From: Euglena gracilis | Lineage: Eukaryota | NCBI GenBank assembly: GCA_039621445.1 | Contig: CP154954.1 | Location: forward strand, 10,869,521-10,933,520 | Length of the DNA: 64,000 bases | Direction: 5' to 3' | Part shown: one piece after another, positions 1-15,300 of the stretch | Layout: the number at the start of each line of letters is the position of its first letter | Position numbering within the stretch: position 1 is the first letter of the stretch | Notes under the pieces: generated by a model | Seen by the model: only the letters and a program-made list of their open reading frames with translations | Database searches by the model: none | What the model was told of the DNA's origin: nothing | Translations under genes and position numbers: made by a program

Positions 1-154
1 CATTGGCTCGTCAGGAGGACGCTGTCCACGACATAAGAAAGGAGCGTGGTGCCCTCGTCCCCAAAACCACGGAGCAGCCGTCGCCTGGGCGGCGAAATCC
101 CCACTCGACCCCAAGCAGGTCGGGTCACCCGAGGGGGCCACGGTGGGCCGGTGC

Positions 155-293
155 CCAGGGGGTCAAAATAGTTTATAGTTTTTTTGCGTTAATGATGGAA
201 TAGGGTTAGGTGCGCGACTTAGGGTTAGGGTTAGGCCTAACTTATAGACGGGTGTTAGGTGTACAAGTTAGGCCTAACCCTAAGCCTAAGTCG
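155..293. repeat. Truncated copy of the telomere-like palindromic core
   Basis: Near-identical to 22322-22455; the right arm is cut by a (TA/CA)n tract at 294-462. Confidence 0.8.
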
Positions 294-1086
294 TATATAT
301 ATACACACACACACATATACATATATATACATACATACATGTGTGTGTGTGTATATATATACATATATATGTATATATGTATATATGTGTATATATGTAT
401 ATATGTGTATATATGTACATATATATAGATATATATATTTATATATATATATATATATATATGCAGACATACAAACCCCCTGCCCGGTGTCTCCTGATCA
501 GGGCGTTGCTGAAGGAAGGACCCCCCCTGTGTGCACTGTAAATGTTTTTTTTGTGCCTTTTGTTCCTTCTTCTGGCGTGGCGCTGTGTTTCGCCTCCGGC
601 CCTTTTTGTCGGTGTAGGGGCGGCGGCCAGAGCCTGGCAGGACTTACCTTGTTTACGACGCCGGCCACCAAGCGCCAGCCAGGCACATACTCCACTTTAG
701 TTAGGGGGGGGGGGGTCTCCGTGACGACGCACTGGTTGCGTCCACGACCCCAGCAGGTGGACAACTCAGTGGACGGGCCCACTCAATTGGGAACAAACTC
801 AAGGGTGGGTGCTCCAGGCCATTACCGTGGGCGGCTGGAAATAAAGAAAACTCTGCAGGGGAAGGGGGGTCCAGGGCTGGAAAAAGGCTGCAGGCTGGCT
901 GGACCCCCCAGGGGGAATCAAAATTTCTTAAGCAACACCCTGCTCCTGACATGGCTGCATGGGAACGTTTATTTCCCGCCCCCCAGGAGAGGAAGAGAGG
1001 GGGGGGGTGCCCACCCCCCTGGTCTGAGAAGAATAGCATTGTCCATGGCGGGAATAATGTTGTTAAAACCACATCCCAGCCTGTCT

Positions 1087-4000
1087 GTGGTCTAGGACGA
1101 AATCCAGGGTGGACTGCAGTGTAGTGAGCTGTGCATCGGTCGTGTGGTGGGAACCCTTGCATTCCTCTGCGGCGGCATATAGTCACTTATGCTTCGTGCT
1201 GCTGCGCAACTGCTGCTGTTAGAAAAGATGTGGATACTGCGGGATGTATCCAGATCAGGCTGCTTTTCAGTGTGTTATGTGTGTGTATGTTTTGGGGTAC
1301 GCGCCCATAGGAGGCACATACATATGTGTTGAAAAGTGGGAACAACAACGAACACGCAACTCATCAATAAACATCGCTATTGTGGAACATCCTCTCTCAC
1401 ATGCAAGGTACTAATTCCAGAACATCGAAAACTGTGGCAGAGAGAGATGGTTTGATGGGGTCATAATGCACGGATATATGATTTTCACACTTATCAAATC
1501 CAGAGGAGCAGCAAAAGTTAAAATTGAGGATAAGACTCATCAGAGAGAGATTGTTATCGCGGCTTAAACTGCCATCATTGAAACGGCTGACAAATGTTGA
1601 GTTTGCTATCAGTGTGCTCACCGAAAAGAAGGCAGTGCAGGCTGAGAGTTCCCAGGCAAACAGCAGGTGGAGGAATTGCATTGGCACTGCGTCTGTGTGC
1701 AGACACGGCCGCAAAAGATCCGGTCCAGCGTCGGGATCCGGGCCAGGCGGCTGTTAGTGGTCCACGGCGGTCTTTTTTTTACCAACCCCGGGGGGTCCGG
1801 AGTGTCGTGTCCATGAGTGCCTGCCCAGGCAGGTACTACCCCCGGGGGGGGGGGGTCGGCACCACAAGGCAAGGGACCAAAGGGACGGCCCCACTTATGA
1901 TACATTGGAATATCCAATGGCGGGCCGGTCAATACAACAGTTAATCAGAGCTAGATGATGGTACACTGTCATCATCACCATTAAATGACTTTGTTTCATT
2001 TTTTCACAAAATTCAAAAGGAAGCCAGAATATGCAAAAAAGGGGGGGAACAAAAAATGGCCCTAGATTTCATCCCAGACTCGCGGTTTCTGTGGTCGGCA
2101 TTGGAAGAGCTGTGGGGGAAAAAATGTTGCACAGAGGAGTGCCTGCTAGGCACTTTTGGCCAAGTGCCCCCCCCCAGGGGGTCGGATTTGGAGTGCCTTG
2201 GAATGCCTGCCCAGGCAGGCAGCCCCCCCCCAGGGTGGGGTCGGAACCCAACTAAAATACAGCCTGGTCCACAGCCCCTCCCTCAAAGAAGATCAAATGA
2301 ATAAAACTAGAATAGATTGACCCACTGCAGTTGTCACCCAGCCTCTTTTCATGAGCACATGTGGGCTGGTCTCTTGCCGTTTTGAGGTAGGGACCCCCCA
2401 CCCCCCTTCTCCCACACATCCCTGTGGCCCCCCCCCACCCATATATATCCACGGGTGAAATCTGGATTTTTGGGTGGTTCTCTGGACAGTTTGTTTCTTT
2501 GGTTTGAATTTTTTTTGGTTCTGTGGACGGCCAAAAGGTCGGATACCAGGCAAGGCTTCTTTGGTGCTCTTTATGAATTTCAGGAAAATTTTTTTGTTTA
2601 AAAGCGACAGAAAGCGGGCATCCCCACCCACAAGGGAGGGTATCTGAGGGACCCATTTTTGTGGGGTCAATTTTTGGGATTCCAAAAAAAAATTCGGCGC
2701 TTTGCACCCAAAAAAAGGAGGAAACCCCCCAGGGGGGGGGGAAGGGTCCGGCGGACCCACCCACCCTACCACTCTCCCTCGTCCTCCCGGGGGCCGAACC
2801 TTTCAAAACTCCCTGGCTGTGATGGTGGCTGAACGCGCCTCGGGGCTTTGGGCTGGCGGCCGCCTGGGCTGGGCACGCACACGGGCCTGGACCGCCGGCG
2901 GCACCAGAAAGGAAAAGTCCGCCAGCACCATCGCCCCCCGCCGGCAGGGGGTTCGCAGCGTCAACTGTCAGTGATGTGCCTTGGTCAGTGTGTTGTGGAG
3001 GCCCCCCCCAGGGCTATACAGAAAGGTCTGGTAGGGGGTCGACCCCCGCACCAGGGGTTTTTCTTAAGACCGGGGGGTCCCCCCCAAGACCGGGGGTCCC
3101 GGGACCCACGCACTTTTCCCCGAAAAAATGGTCAAAAATCGCGAAAACGCTAAAAATAGCACCATTTTCAAAAAAAAATTCGTCGCCTTTAGCGCTGAAA
3201 AATACATCCCACCCCCCTCTGCGGGGACCCCCGGGGGGGTCCCAGACGAAAAAAAAACCCTGCCCCCCACCTACCATGCAGGGAGTGGGGGGTGTCGACC
3301 CCCCCACCCACCACCTTGGCTGTTTGACCGATTCCCGTACTGCCCTGCTCCCCCCCCCCTGGAACTGGGCCTGACTGGGCGTGACCAGGAACAAAGTAAA
3401 AAAAATCAAACCTGCAAACAGTTCCGCAAAAAAAAAGACAATTATGCAAATGCATGCGATTCTGTGACCCCAAATTTCCCGTGGCGACCCCGAGTCCGAC
3501 CCATTTTCGTCCTCTTTGGCCCACATTGGCCGACCTCTGAAAGCAAACAATCCAGCAGCTGGATTCAGCAACTCTTCAGGCGGCGGGAAAATAAGGCAAT
3601 TAAAACTTGTTTAAGGGGGGGGGTCCCAGGCTGGAAAAACATGTTGGCTGACCCTCCCCCGGTGGATGGGGTGCCCTCCGGAATGAGCAGCGCTCTGGCC
3701 ATGATATGCTTTCGAAAAGTGGGAATGGAATCCATTGCTCTGTTCAATTTCAAAATGAAATCAACATCTGTATTGAAGTACTATACCTTTCCGATTATTT
3801 TCCCCGGTCGATTATTCCCCCCCTCACTTTCGGCCCAAAAACAGGAAAGCCAGACCCGGGCGATTATTTCCCCCCCCCAAAATTTTTGGACTTTCTGGGG
3901 TCCTTGGCCGGTCTTGCTCTGCCACAAGCCGGGCAACCAGGGCATCCCGGCGTTCATCCTCAAAGCCAGAGACCCAGTCATCTTCAGGGCGGTCCTTAAG

Positions 4001-4848
4001 CAAAAAAAAAAAAAATCCCGTCCCGGCCCAGCCGAGAAATTTTTTTTGAAAATGCATGACCAAAAAGTGGCTTCACGGGCATAACAAAAGTACCTGCAGC
4101 GGGGGACCCGGGCGATTATTTCCCCCCCCTGGTTTCCGGCTCCGTGGGGGGGGGGGGGAATAATCAAAAAGGTATAGTAGCCACACATGTCTCATTGGGA
4201 CTGGCCTTCAAAAAAACTTTAGCTCAGGTCAGAGGTGTTGATACATCATCGCAGAAGGGGTTTCTTATCCCAAGAACTCAATGATGAGGTAGGGCCTCAG
4301 TATTTTGGCCGTACCCACAACACGAAATATGCTTTCTGTGGAAGAGGGGTGCTGATTTATTGATTTTTTTCCGATGGTTGGGGGGTTAAATCATGGCACT
4401 GGCTTCCATAGAAATCCTCCTTTTGGTGCCAAAATTGTCTGGTTTGACTCAAATGCAAGCCCCCATTTCCCGGCGACGGCGACGCTTTACAACCCCCCAG
4501 GGTTCACTCAAAGGCTGGAAAATTCAGGCTGGCGGGAAAAAGGCTGCTGGCTGACCCCTTCCCCTCCCTCCGGTTGGAAGTAAGCACTACCCCAGTCGAA
4601 CAGGGTACCCCTCCGGAAAAAAAAATGCAAAAAAACTTCCAATCGTGCATAAAGAAAACCGTCTACCCAAAAAAATTGGGCTGGCAGTCCAATTTCGATA
4701 ATTTTTGTCCATTTTGCAATATTTTTCTTGAAAAAAAACCAGTCAAACCAGTCAATGTCGGCAGGAATTAAAACCTTGGGATGGAAAAATACAGCTGAAA
4801 CTCGCTGGACTCCCCGGGGTCCGTAAAGCCTTCAACTAAAACAATGAC

Positions 4849-4921
<73 letters not shown>

Positions 4922-6280
4922 ATCTATCTATATATATACATACATATATATATATATATATATTTATATATGGATATTTTCAGGGACACAAAATTCGCAA
5001 TTGGTGGTTGGGGGAAACTGTTTATTTGACCGAGACCCAAATATCCTTTGCCATGGTGGTGGCATGATAGTGGCATTGAGGGGGGCAGGTATTCTGCAGG
5101 CAAGCGGCTCGGACCGCCTGGACCTTCCCAGCCCATCCAAAGGTCGGCCTTCTGCATCTCATTCTGGAACGTGCCACTCAAGATGGCCTCCGCGGCCCGC
5201 ACCAAAAGCATGGGCAGGTCCCGGAAGCTCGACAGGGAAACAAAATCAACTTGATTTCCCCCACACCGACACGCCAGACAGACTTAGCCTGCATTGTCTG
5301 CCCACCTGGAAAACTGCCAGACTTCGGTCGATTTTCTTTCCTATTTTGTACCGGAAACCAAATTTTGTGTGTCCCAGGGTACCACTAAAATGTTCTTGGA
5401 AGAACTTCATCCTGCTGATACATTACAGGTTTCCATGAACTTTCTGGCTCAAAAAAAATGGTCTCAAGATGGAGAGGTTAGGGGGGGGGCATCCTCTCAT
5501 TCCATTCAGGAATGAGAGGGTGCCAGTGCTTCTTTGCTGAAACTCTTGGACAATTTCATCTTTGCGGTTCTCCGGAAACTCGCTTTAAAATATATTTATC
5601 TGGAATTGGGGTGGGGGCCCTTTTTGACCCAGCCCGCACCCCATACGTCCAATGCTGCGACTGGATTCGTTTAAACCGGCGTTCTGGAAATTAAATGGCT
5701 TTTCCTGCGGCCCTCGGATGGTCCCTGCCCGCCTGTGGGTGGTGCTGCACAGCTGTGGTGGTATTCCCCACGTGGTCCCTCTCGCCAGGTGGAGTTGTGA
5801 CTGAACGAACACATCGATCTTCCCGTGAGCTGAAGCTGTGCAGGTCGGGAAACAAAACCAACTGTGCCGTGGGCAAAAGAACCTTGGCATTCATGTGCCT
5901 GGCAGCCACTGACCAACTGGGGGCACCCCAGTACATCTAGGGCTATATAATGAGCACCCTCCCTTTCCGAACCCCTCGTGGAAGCCATCCAAGCAGGCTT
6001 CTTTTTAAGACCCCCGGGGGGGGAGGGGGGGTCCCCCCCACCCACCCAGGGTGGCGCGGGCCCCCCCCCCGGGGGGGGGGACCCCTCCAAAATCGAGCCC
6101 GTTAAAGGCAATTTTCAAAAAATTTCGGCACTTCGCACCGAAAAGGTATACCGGCGCCTCTGGCGCGGGACCCCCCCCCCCGGGGGTCTGGCCCGGACCC
6201 ACCCACCCACCCCCCCCCCCCCCGGGGGGGGGGGGCCAGGTGACTTAAAAAGAAGCCTGCATCAAAGAGAGGTCCCTCAA

Positions 6281-6311
<31 letters not shown>

Positions 6312-9300
6312 AAGAAGAAGAAGAAGAAGAAGAAGAAGAAGGGTCCCCCTACGCTTTCAAGGACTCACTGTAGTGAGCCTCAGCTGGTCGCTCCCTGCTG
6401 GCGGCCCGCACCAGCAGCCCCATCTGGATATCCAGATCCCCCTCACCATTCACCCTGGCGGTCAGAACGGTTCCCCTTCAATCTCCCAAGCTCTCCAACT
6501 GCAGAACATGTTCCCAACTCGCTGCTCACTGCGTGGATCACACTGTTAGGCAGCGACATGTCAATCTATTTGCAACAAGATTTTTGTTCTTTGATGAGAA
6601 CCAAAATGGATGCTCCGTTCAGGATCTGTGGTGTGGGAGGGGGCGTCTTACTGGGTCTCACCTCACCAGCATGCATACATTGGGATGCAGCACAGGCTCC
6701 CCTCCTTACAGTTAACAATAACAACACACAAAGAGCGTTCCGAAGAGCATTCTTTTTGGGAATCCATAAAGGATGATCTGCTGAGCATTCTTTTTGGGAA
6801 TCCATAAAGCATGATCGGCTCAAGCTTTTTGATGGAAAACGGTAAAGATCTTTGTGTGAGTTTTTTATTTTTTTTTCAAGAACAAAAATGGAACCCATTG
6901 GCCTGGGGCTCAAGGTGGAGAAACACACCACGAGATCGTCCTCACTCATCGGAGGGAATTCTAAGACCTTACACAGCTGCAAAAGGCAGTTGTGCTCGTT
7001 GCATTTTTTAGCTTGCGGAGGCACCCTCGTGTGCCTTGTCTGACCACCCGCAGGATATTGTGATTTAAATCAGGAAACATTTCAAAAACAACAATTTAAA
7101 AACAATGCTATTATCAAAAACAAAAAAAAGTGCAAACTAGGATTTAGCTTCCATGGCCACCATATGCCACCAGGGAGTATGGGAATAGCACTTCACAAAG
7201 AAAAGAACCACCTTTTTTTTTGTGTCACAATTGACAGCACTGAACAAACAGGAAGGGGTGGAGGGGCCCCCACCCACCCCCAACAGGATTCGCTCAGCCG
7301 TGCCGGCTCCGCAGCCTGGCCGGGGTGAAGTCGACCACGATGGAGGTGATACCGGCAAGGCTTCCGCGGTGTGGTCCCCCTTGGACCGCCCAAAACAGGG
7401 GGGTGGGCGAGAGGGTGTTCCCACCACGAGCCTGGCAACCTGGCTTCGGCCGAATTGACAGTGGGGGGGGTTCTCCACAAGAGACCAGGCTCACAAGCAC
7501 GGGCCTGTAGGACAACGTCGTGGGGGGGAAGAAGGAATGAGGGGGGGGGGGGGGCAAAGCTCTTGGGTGATGCCTAATGTTGGGGGGGGGGCTGAGAACA
7601 GTCGAGGGACAGCCTTGGGCCACGGTCTCCCCGACCGTCAGGCGGGCGTCGGAAAAGAGGCCGATGGACATCAGGCCGAGCTGGCTGGCCCACTGCGTCC
7701 CCTCAATCCCGACCGACTGGACCCAGACCACGTCCGCCGTGGACCTGACCCGCGGACCGGCACGGGAGGAAGACAAACGTTGGAACCGGAGTCGGATTCC
7801 GTGTGAGGGGGTGGGAGGGGACTGAATTCCAAACACTTGAAATGGGGGAATTGGGTTGAAATATTCGAGCCAGAAACGTCCGACCGGGGGGGGGGGGGAG
7901 CATGCAACAAAGCCACACAAAATATTCAAAACTTCAAAAAAAATGAAAAAAAAATGAAAAAAAATTTTAAAAAAAATGCAAAAAGATGCAAAAAAACCCT
8001 GTGGTGCAAGCCAAGCACATTCAGACACTTGGTGTTTTGGTGGTGTTGCCGGGATTTATCAGATTTGTCAGATTTTGAACACAGGAGGTGGGGGTCCCAG
8101 CCACATGATTTTGGAAGAATTTATCTGAAGCAAATGACGACTTTTGGCCACTTTGCCACTTTTGGCCACTTTGTACACTTTTAGCCATTTTTTGCCCGTT
8201 GTTGGGCTTCTCCAGGCCCCTTTTGGTCACGTTTTGACTGTTTTGGCCAATTTTGCGCACTTTTGCCCACGTTTAGGCTTTTTAGGCAGATTTTAAACAG
8301 GCCATTATTACTGAATATTGACCATAATCTCCCATGTCTGCCAACTTTTATCCATTTTGGCTGCTTTTGGCCAGTTTCCCCACGTTCGCCACTTTTGAGC
8401 CATTTTGGCCACTTCTGGCCACGCTTTGCTGCTTTTGGGTGCTATTGGACACCTTTACCCACTTAACGGCCACTTTTGTAAATTGCTTGTTGCTTGTCTC
8501 TGTCCTCATTATCTACCACCCAGAACCTTGCCCTCCCCCTCTGGCCCCCAAAAAGTAAACAACAGTTGGCAAAAGTGGCCAACGGCAGTCAAAGGCCAAC
8601 AGTAAAATCGGCCAAAAAGTCGGTAAAGTGATCAAAAACAGCAAAAAGTGCTTAAAAGTGGCCAAAAAGTGGTTACTTCTAACGCATTGCCTTTGTGGAC
8701 ACATAACACTAACGATATTCCAAAATATTTATTCAATGAAAAAAATAATGGTCCCCCAATAGCATAAAAATTGCCTGTAACATCACAACTGCAGGCGACA
8801 ACGTGAAAACATGAATCTCTGATGCAGAAAGATAAACGTGTGAAGGAGGAAAAGAAACCCGGGGATTTCTGAAGCTGGAGGGACCCCCCCCCTGGGAGGT
8901 CCGACTTTTTCCCTCCAGCAGCTGGCTGGAAGCTGCTGGTGCTTGACCTGCCCCCCCCCCCCGGCTTTATTTCAGCGGACCCCCCACCGTGTCTGTTGAA
9001 ATAAAGTTGGCGCATTGGCACAGCCAGGCTGAACGAAATTTTTGCCCCCAAATGATATTCCTCCCCCCCCCCCCAGGACCCAACTTCCCCCAGCAATGCC
9101 GCACCCTCTAAATGGTACGCGTGGCAGGTTGTACAAGTGGTTGGTGTGCACAAATGAGCAAACTGACGAAACAGTAGGTTTGCACATTTGCATAAACCAA
9201 CCACTGGCGCAGTCTCACAAACACACCAATTTGCACATATGACGCTTTTCACAGTTATGCAAATGATTGGTTTGCGCAAATGTGCACACCCACCACCAAT

Positions 9301-12300
9301 TTTTCACAAAATCAAGGTTCAGGACATCGTTTTAGGCTTAGACACATCTCAGACAGCTGCAAATTAATGCTAGACATTTTCGGATCAATTTCACATTTAC
9401 AGTGGTTGCATTATGAGTGCATGCAACTGGGCCAACCCTGTCATTTTGCAAGTTTGCACCAAGCACCTCCAGCAACAAATCCTGTCAAATCCTGACACAT
9501 CCCAACAAATCCCGACAACAATGCAATTTTTGGGGGGGGAATAGATTGTGGACAATAGGATGGACAATAGGATTATTTGGTCGGCCGAAGTCCACCCTCA
9601 GGGGGGGAGTATTGCTGGCGGGGGGGGGGGGGGGGGTATTATTTGACAGATTTTTCCGTAATTTTTGTGTGTAAAAATTTGACCGCAATATGCCTTGTAT
9701 CTATGTTGAACACCGTCAATCCCATGGTGGGTGGATTTTTCTTTCAAAAAGGTGCAATTTGGTATTCTCATCTCTGTTTTCAATCCGAACATGGCAGAAT
9801 GCATGCAAAATATGCACACAAAAAAAAAATGGCTCCAGCTCCCCTGCAATATTATAATCCTTAGGTGCGAGGTATTTTGTAGAATTTAAATAATACTAAA
9901 GGACTAGTCTGCGGGCCCGAATTGGGGCATTGGAAACCGCCTCTGAAAAATCATTTATTGGCTCCTCAACATCGAAAATGAAGAAAAGCAAGTTTCCTGG
10001 GCAAGTGCCTGAAAAAAACCGGAAAGGCAAATATGTGAAAAAAACCACAAAAAATGCGACCCTTCACAAAATTCTCATGATACAAAAAAAATTAGATTTC
10101 AAGATTTTTGATTTTTGTATTCACTCCCCTGCACCGACCCCGTTGCATTCTTTGTTTTAAAGGTCTGCCTGGGTTGAAAAAAGGCCCCAACCTCCATTCC
10201 AATTGGTGCATCAAAAGAATCAGGTTTATTTGATACCTCTTCAAATACCACACCACACCACAATTCTTTTTTGCACGTGAGCTCCCCCTTCGATCTCCTT
10301 TCTGCCAGGGATCAAGAGGTGGAGGAAGAACTGTTTCAATGGCCGTTCCCAATGTTACCGGGGTCGTTGTACTCCCATTAGGAATATGCTTAAGGACCCC
10401 GGGGGGGGGTACTGGCTAGCCAATCGGCTAGACACTGGAAAAAATGGACTTGCTAGAACCCCCCCTCCCCCCCGGGGGGGGGGGGGGTCCGGGGGTCCCC
10501 AGGACTGGAAAAAAATTTTCCCCCCGGCGCTGCGCGCCGAGGTGGAAAAATGAGGTTTTTAATAGGTTTTGGGCTGATTTTGTTCCAAAAATTCCAAAAA
10601 TGGCCAAAAAAACGGGCCTTTTTGGCCATTTTTGGGGGTCCCAAAAAAATTTTCGGCGCTTTGCGCCGGTCACTGGAAAAAAAATTTCCACTAGCTAGCC
10701 CTGCTAGCAGACCCCCCCCCCGGGGGTGGGTCTGCTAGAAATCCCACTAGCCAAATTTGGACTAGCTGCAGTCCAGCCCCCCCCCCCCCCCCCGGGTGGG
10801 GTACTGCAATCCCTTAAGCAAATGCCTGACTCCCATCCTTGCCCGATGCCCTCAGAAAGACAAAAAAATTGAACTCAACTGTGTCAGGGAGGTAGGCGCA
10901 GGAGATGTGTGACCGTGTGTGACCGAACTGCCAAAATGCACTTGAAATGCACACAGCAGCAACTGAGGGCAAAAGCCACCACCTCTGTTGCATCGACTCG
11001 GTCAGACTCACTCTGCACCCCAGGGCGTACGACTGGTTCACAATCCACACCTCCATGAGGGGAAAGCGAAGCGCCCCTGTCCCAAAGACATGGATCTCTG
11101 CGGCAGGGTTTGTCTCAGGCCCATGCGGGAACGAGCGGGTGTACGAAGGAGTGGCCTGGAACTGCATGTCCGCAAGCCAGCACGCCATACACTCGCCAGG
11201 AGTGCATTGCGCGCGTGCCTTTTTGTGTGGAAACCATCTTCTGAATGTAGGTGGTGTCGGCCCCAAAACATCAGACTGGGGGGGGGTACTGGCTAGTCGA
11301 CCGACTAGTCGATTAACTGGTCGGTGCAGAAGGGGGGGGGGGTACTGGCCATGGGAGCAACTGGCTAGTCGGTTGACCAGCCACTCCAATGTATCAAAAG
11401 CGGGGTTCACGGGCTGCTGAAATGCGATGCCGCCCCTCAATTGGAAGCTCTTTTCATCTGCGACGGCTTCAGCATTCAGACACGACGCACAGATCTCTTG
11501 TTCCGGAAGCCTGCGACTCCAGAAAATTGAACGGTTGATCCGAATTTGACTCAGAACTGTTACCTGGAAGCTGCAGGTCGGTCGCCCTGACTGAAAAATC
11601 ACGTCAACCAGGTTAGTATCTCAGTGAGCCCAAATTTTTCGAAATCCAAAATTTCAGAATCCAAGTGCTGCAACAAGGGCTTTGTTCGTTTGGGGCCCTG
11701 GGACAGTTGAGCAACAAAAGGTATTTGCCACCTCAACGTATTGGTAACACGAGGGATTTTGTTATTTTGGGGCCCTCGCACAGTTCGGAGACAACGTGGA
11801 TGTTTTTGACAAGTTTGGAGGCTATGAGAATGTGTCCTTGAGGCCAAAGCAAGGCAAATGAGTATTGGGGGGGGGGGGGCTTAAAAGGTCGTGACCCCCC
11901 CTTTTGGTACATTGGAGTGGCTAGCCGGTCGACAGTTACCCCCACCGACTAGTCGATCAAGCACTCGATGATCTGGTCAACCGACTAGCCGATCGACCAG
12001 CCAGCACCCCCCAGTCTACGTCGTTGAGCCTCTGTCGAGGGCATTGGCTGATACACCGCGGGACAACAAATGCGATTCTGAAAGCAGGTGGGGGCCAACA
12101 TCGTGCGATGGGTAAACCAATCTTTGTTGTGGAGATGCTTGCCAAAGACTTGGAGGAACACAAATATTTCCCGAGGGAAGGTTCAAAAAAAATGTTTAAA
12201 CACAAAGAGTTTCACAACAGAAAAAAAAATTGAAGAAAAAAACTGTAGAAGGCATGATATTTTTCATTAAAAATGTGTTCAAAAGACACCCATTTTGGGG

Positions 12301-15300
12301 GGGTTCCAAGGGGGCCGATTTATTGGGCTTTTCCCCAAAAACGAATTTTTTTTGGATGGGGGGTTCAACTTTGTTGTTTTTTTTTGCTTTTTTCATTGCA
12401 AATTGGCAGGTGTGCATCACTTTGGGCTTTGGGAGGTTCTTATTCTGTGTTTTTACTCCGGGGGAGGGGGTTCAGGTCAAATGCCGCGACACGCTTGTCT
12501 TGTGGTTCGGGACCCGCCGCGCGGGAGCGACATTCTCATGCGAGGGGCACCCAAAGGGGCCTGATTGGCAGCGCGGGCACCTTGGCAGAAGCCGGCTAGG
12601 TCCAGCGTGGCGGCGGACAATGGGAGGCACGCTGGTCACAGGTCCCCGCCCCAACGGTGACCGAAGGAACCTGGACTCTGAAATCCCGTTCCGAATCCAG
12701 CACCGGGGCCGGGATTTCAGAGGAGCAGGGCTGCTCTGGAGGACTGCTCAGGGGTTTTTTTTTATACCCGGGGGGTCCCCTCCACCCACCCACCCCCTAG
12801 GGCCCCCCCTGGGGGACTCACAAAAAGAAATGGCAGAAAAATTTCTAAAAAGTGCTTAAAATAGCACGTTTTCAAAAATTTTCGGTGCCTTCGGGTGCCC
12901 CGGGGGGGGGGGGGGGCTGGGCCAGATCCACCCACCTCCCCCCCTCCCAGGAGTCCACGACTAAAAAAAAACCCCTGGTGGCTGCGGAAAGCTGGCAACG
13001 TTGTTCCATACGAGCTGCCTCCTGGGCTGCACGGGAAGGCCTGGTGGGGGGGGGGTGGGCAGACCCTCACCCACCACCAGGATGGGGTGGGGGTGGTCGA
13101 CCCCCCCCTCACCCACCACCCATAGGGTTGCGGGGATTCCCGTCCAGCCCTGGCCACCTCGCGCCGTTTTTGACATGGGGAGGTGGTTGATGAAATGCCC
13201 CTCCCCCACCCCATATTGGGGAAACTGCCGAGAACCTGCCTTCTTGCAAGGGGGGGGGGGGATTATGCAACTTGGCCTTTCAAATTATGCAAGTCAAAAA
13301 AAAAATGCAAAAAAAAATGCAAAAAAATGCAAAAAAATGCAAGTTGCATAAAATCCCTCAGAAAAGGCTGGAATGTAACAGATTTTTGCTGCCCAAAATC
13401 CGTAAACATGTGACAATGCCGGTGTACCTGTCAATGATTCACAAAGAAGACCTCCTGGAAGACAATGGAAAGCACTGAAGATTTGAAAACCAACATGAAT
13501 GGCACCTGCACGTTCAGTCTACGAAAATCGTCCCTCCAGGTCACCAGTGAACATCAATAAAGCAGCGGCACGTCGCATTTCATTGCACAATGTGGAACGC
13601 AAACTTGGTATCAACACACCCAGCAAGACTGAACGAATGTGGCAGCACACCCTTCTGCATTCTATAACACAACATGGTGACCAACTACAAAAAAATTTTC
13701 CAGGCGAAATATTTATGCAAAAAAATGCAAAAAAATGCAAATTTCGGAAACCCTGATTATGCAAAAAAAAAATGCAATTTATGTAAGTTGCATACCCCCC
13801 CCCCTGCTTCTTGGGCCGACAGCAGTTCAGCTGTCACATTGGAAAACTGTTTGAAGGCCCGCCTGGCCAGCTGAGCTCGTGTTGTGCGTTGTCGGAGATG
13901 AAAAAACAAAAAAATTTTCCCGCTGTATGTCGGATGCTGGTTCTCAAACGATGTCCCCAGGGAAAGATGAGAGTGTGAACGCCACAACCCGATTCCTCAA
14001 TTTCATTGTGAATTGTACAGTGTTTGAAAGTTTTTGGAGATTTGAAGCAAATGACCTGGAAGAGATGCATATCTTCCCTCTACTCATCAGGCCCGCAGTA
14101 AACCCAAGGCCATGCACCAAGGCCTCGCAGGGGACTGAAACAATGTCGTCAGGGTGTTCTGAAGACCCCAAAAGAGTCCACCAGGCTGGAGGGAGACAAC
14201 CTGGGCGTGGTCCATCCAGCTTGCGAACTTTCGGGGGGGGGGGGAAGAACTGCTGACCTGATCCCTGCTCCTCCAGGAGCTGGGGTCAAACTTGGGTCCA
14301 GAGAACCTAAACCGCAACAGGCATTATTCACCTTACAAAAAATGTAAAAACTTTGGAAAACTTTTGAATTTCGATCAAAAAAGAAGTTGCACAATCTCGA
14401 TAAAAAAAAAGTGAGGTCCGGGGAAAAAAAGCTTTTCTGGCATAAATGTTTCTTGGCATCGCTGGAACATCTTAAAAATTCTTGAGATTTTCAAAACGCC
14501 TTAAAAACCCGAAAAAAAAAACACCTTAAATAACCTGAAAAATATGAGAATTTTCGCCTGAACTGCAACAAGAAAGAAGGAAGTGTGCAAAAATACAGCG
14601 CTCTCCCCTCCATCAAATTCTTCAAAACATTCTGAAACGGTGCCCCCAAGCAACGTGTCAATTGATCAAAAATGCATTCAACCAAAATCCCTTTCTTGCA
14701 CTCTGGTTGGGATGGACCGGTGGACCCAGCGGGACCCACATGTGGACCAATTCCACGTCTGGAGCATTCCAGTGGCCACCCCCAGGAAAGGTTCCACACC
14801 CACTGGGTCCCACCCTGGAGTGGCAACGTCTGGTTTGGGAAATCCAACCAGACGTTAATCCAAATCCAACCCCCCCAAATAATACACCCCGGGGTATTAT
14901 TTGGGGGGGGGGTATAGCACCCCAAATTTTTCGAAATTTTTCGAAGTCCCATGGGACCCAAAATAGCACCCAAAAAAACCCTTTTGGGGTCATTCTTTGT
15001 ACTCTCTCGCGAAATCTAGCATTTTCGGAGGCCAGATGATCCAGAAAAATCGATTTTTTTCCCATGATTTGTTGTCAGAGATTGATATTTTTACCTACAT
15101 TTTCAGACAACACATTGACGGGTCGAACCCCGGGTTGTCGGCCCGAGATTGGGGGGGGGACTCGGTCGCTGAAGTCGGACCCCGAGGGGGGGGGGGGCAT
15201 TATTTGGGGGGGGTATTATTCGGGGGGGGGATCATTTGGGGGGAGGGCTGATTATATGCATGTTTGCTGGTAGGCAAGACGTTTCACCAGCCTTGGGGCC

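Noticed and set aside
200-290. TTAGGG repeats as a telomere or chromosome end
   Set aside because: Only 2-3 units, embedded in a palindrome that recurs internally at 22.3 and 22.9 kb.
648-698. Minus-strand exon [15 protein letters not shown] with a GTAAGT donor as part of the Bmp gene
   Set aside because: The exon at 1140-1087 fits the domain end better, no phase-compatible acceptor was found, and the stretch resembles a dispersed repeat.
3915-4000. Protein-like [24 protein letters not shown] as a host exon
   Set aside because: It lies inside the TA-flanked MITE 3781-4177, and the neighbouring exons join in frame without it.
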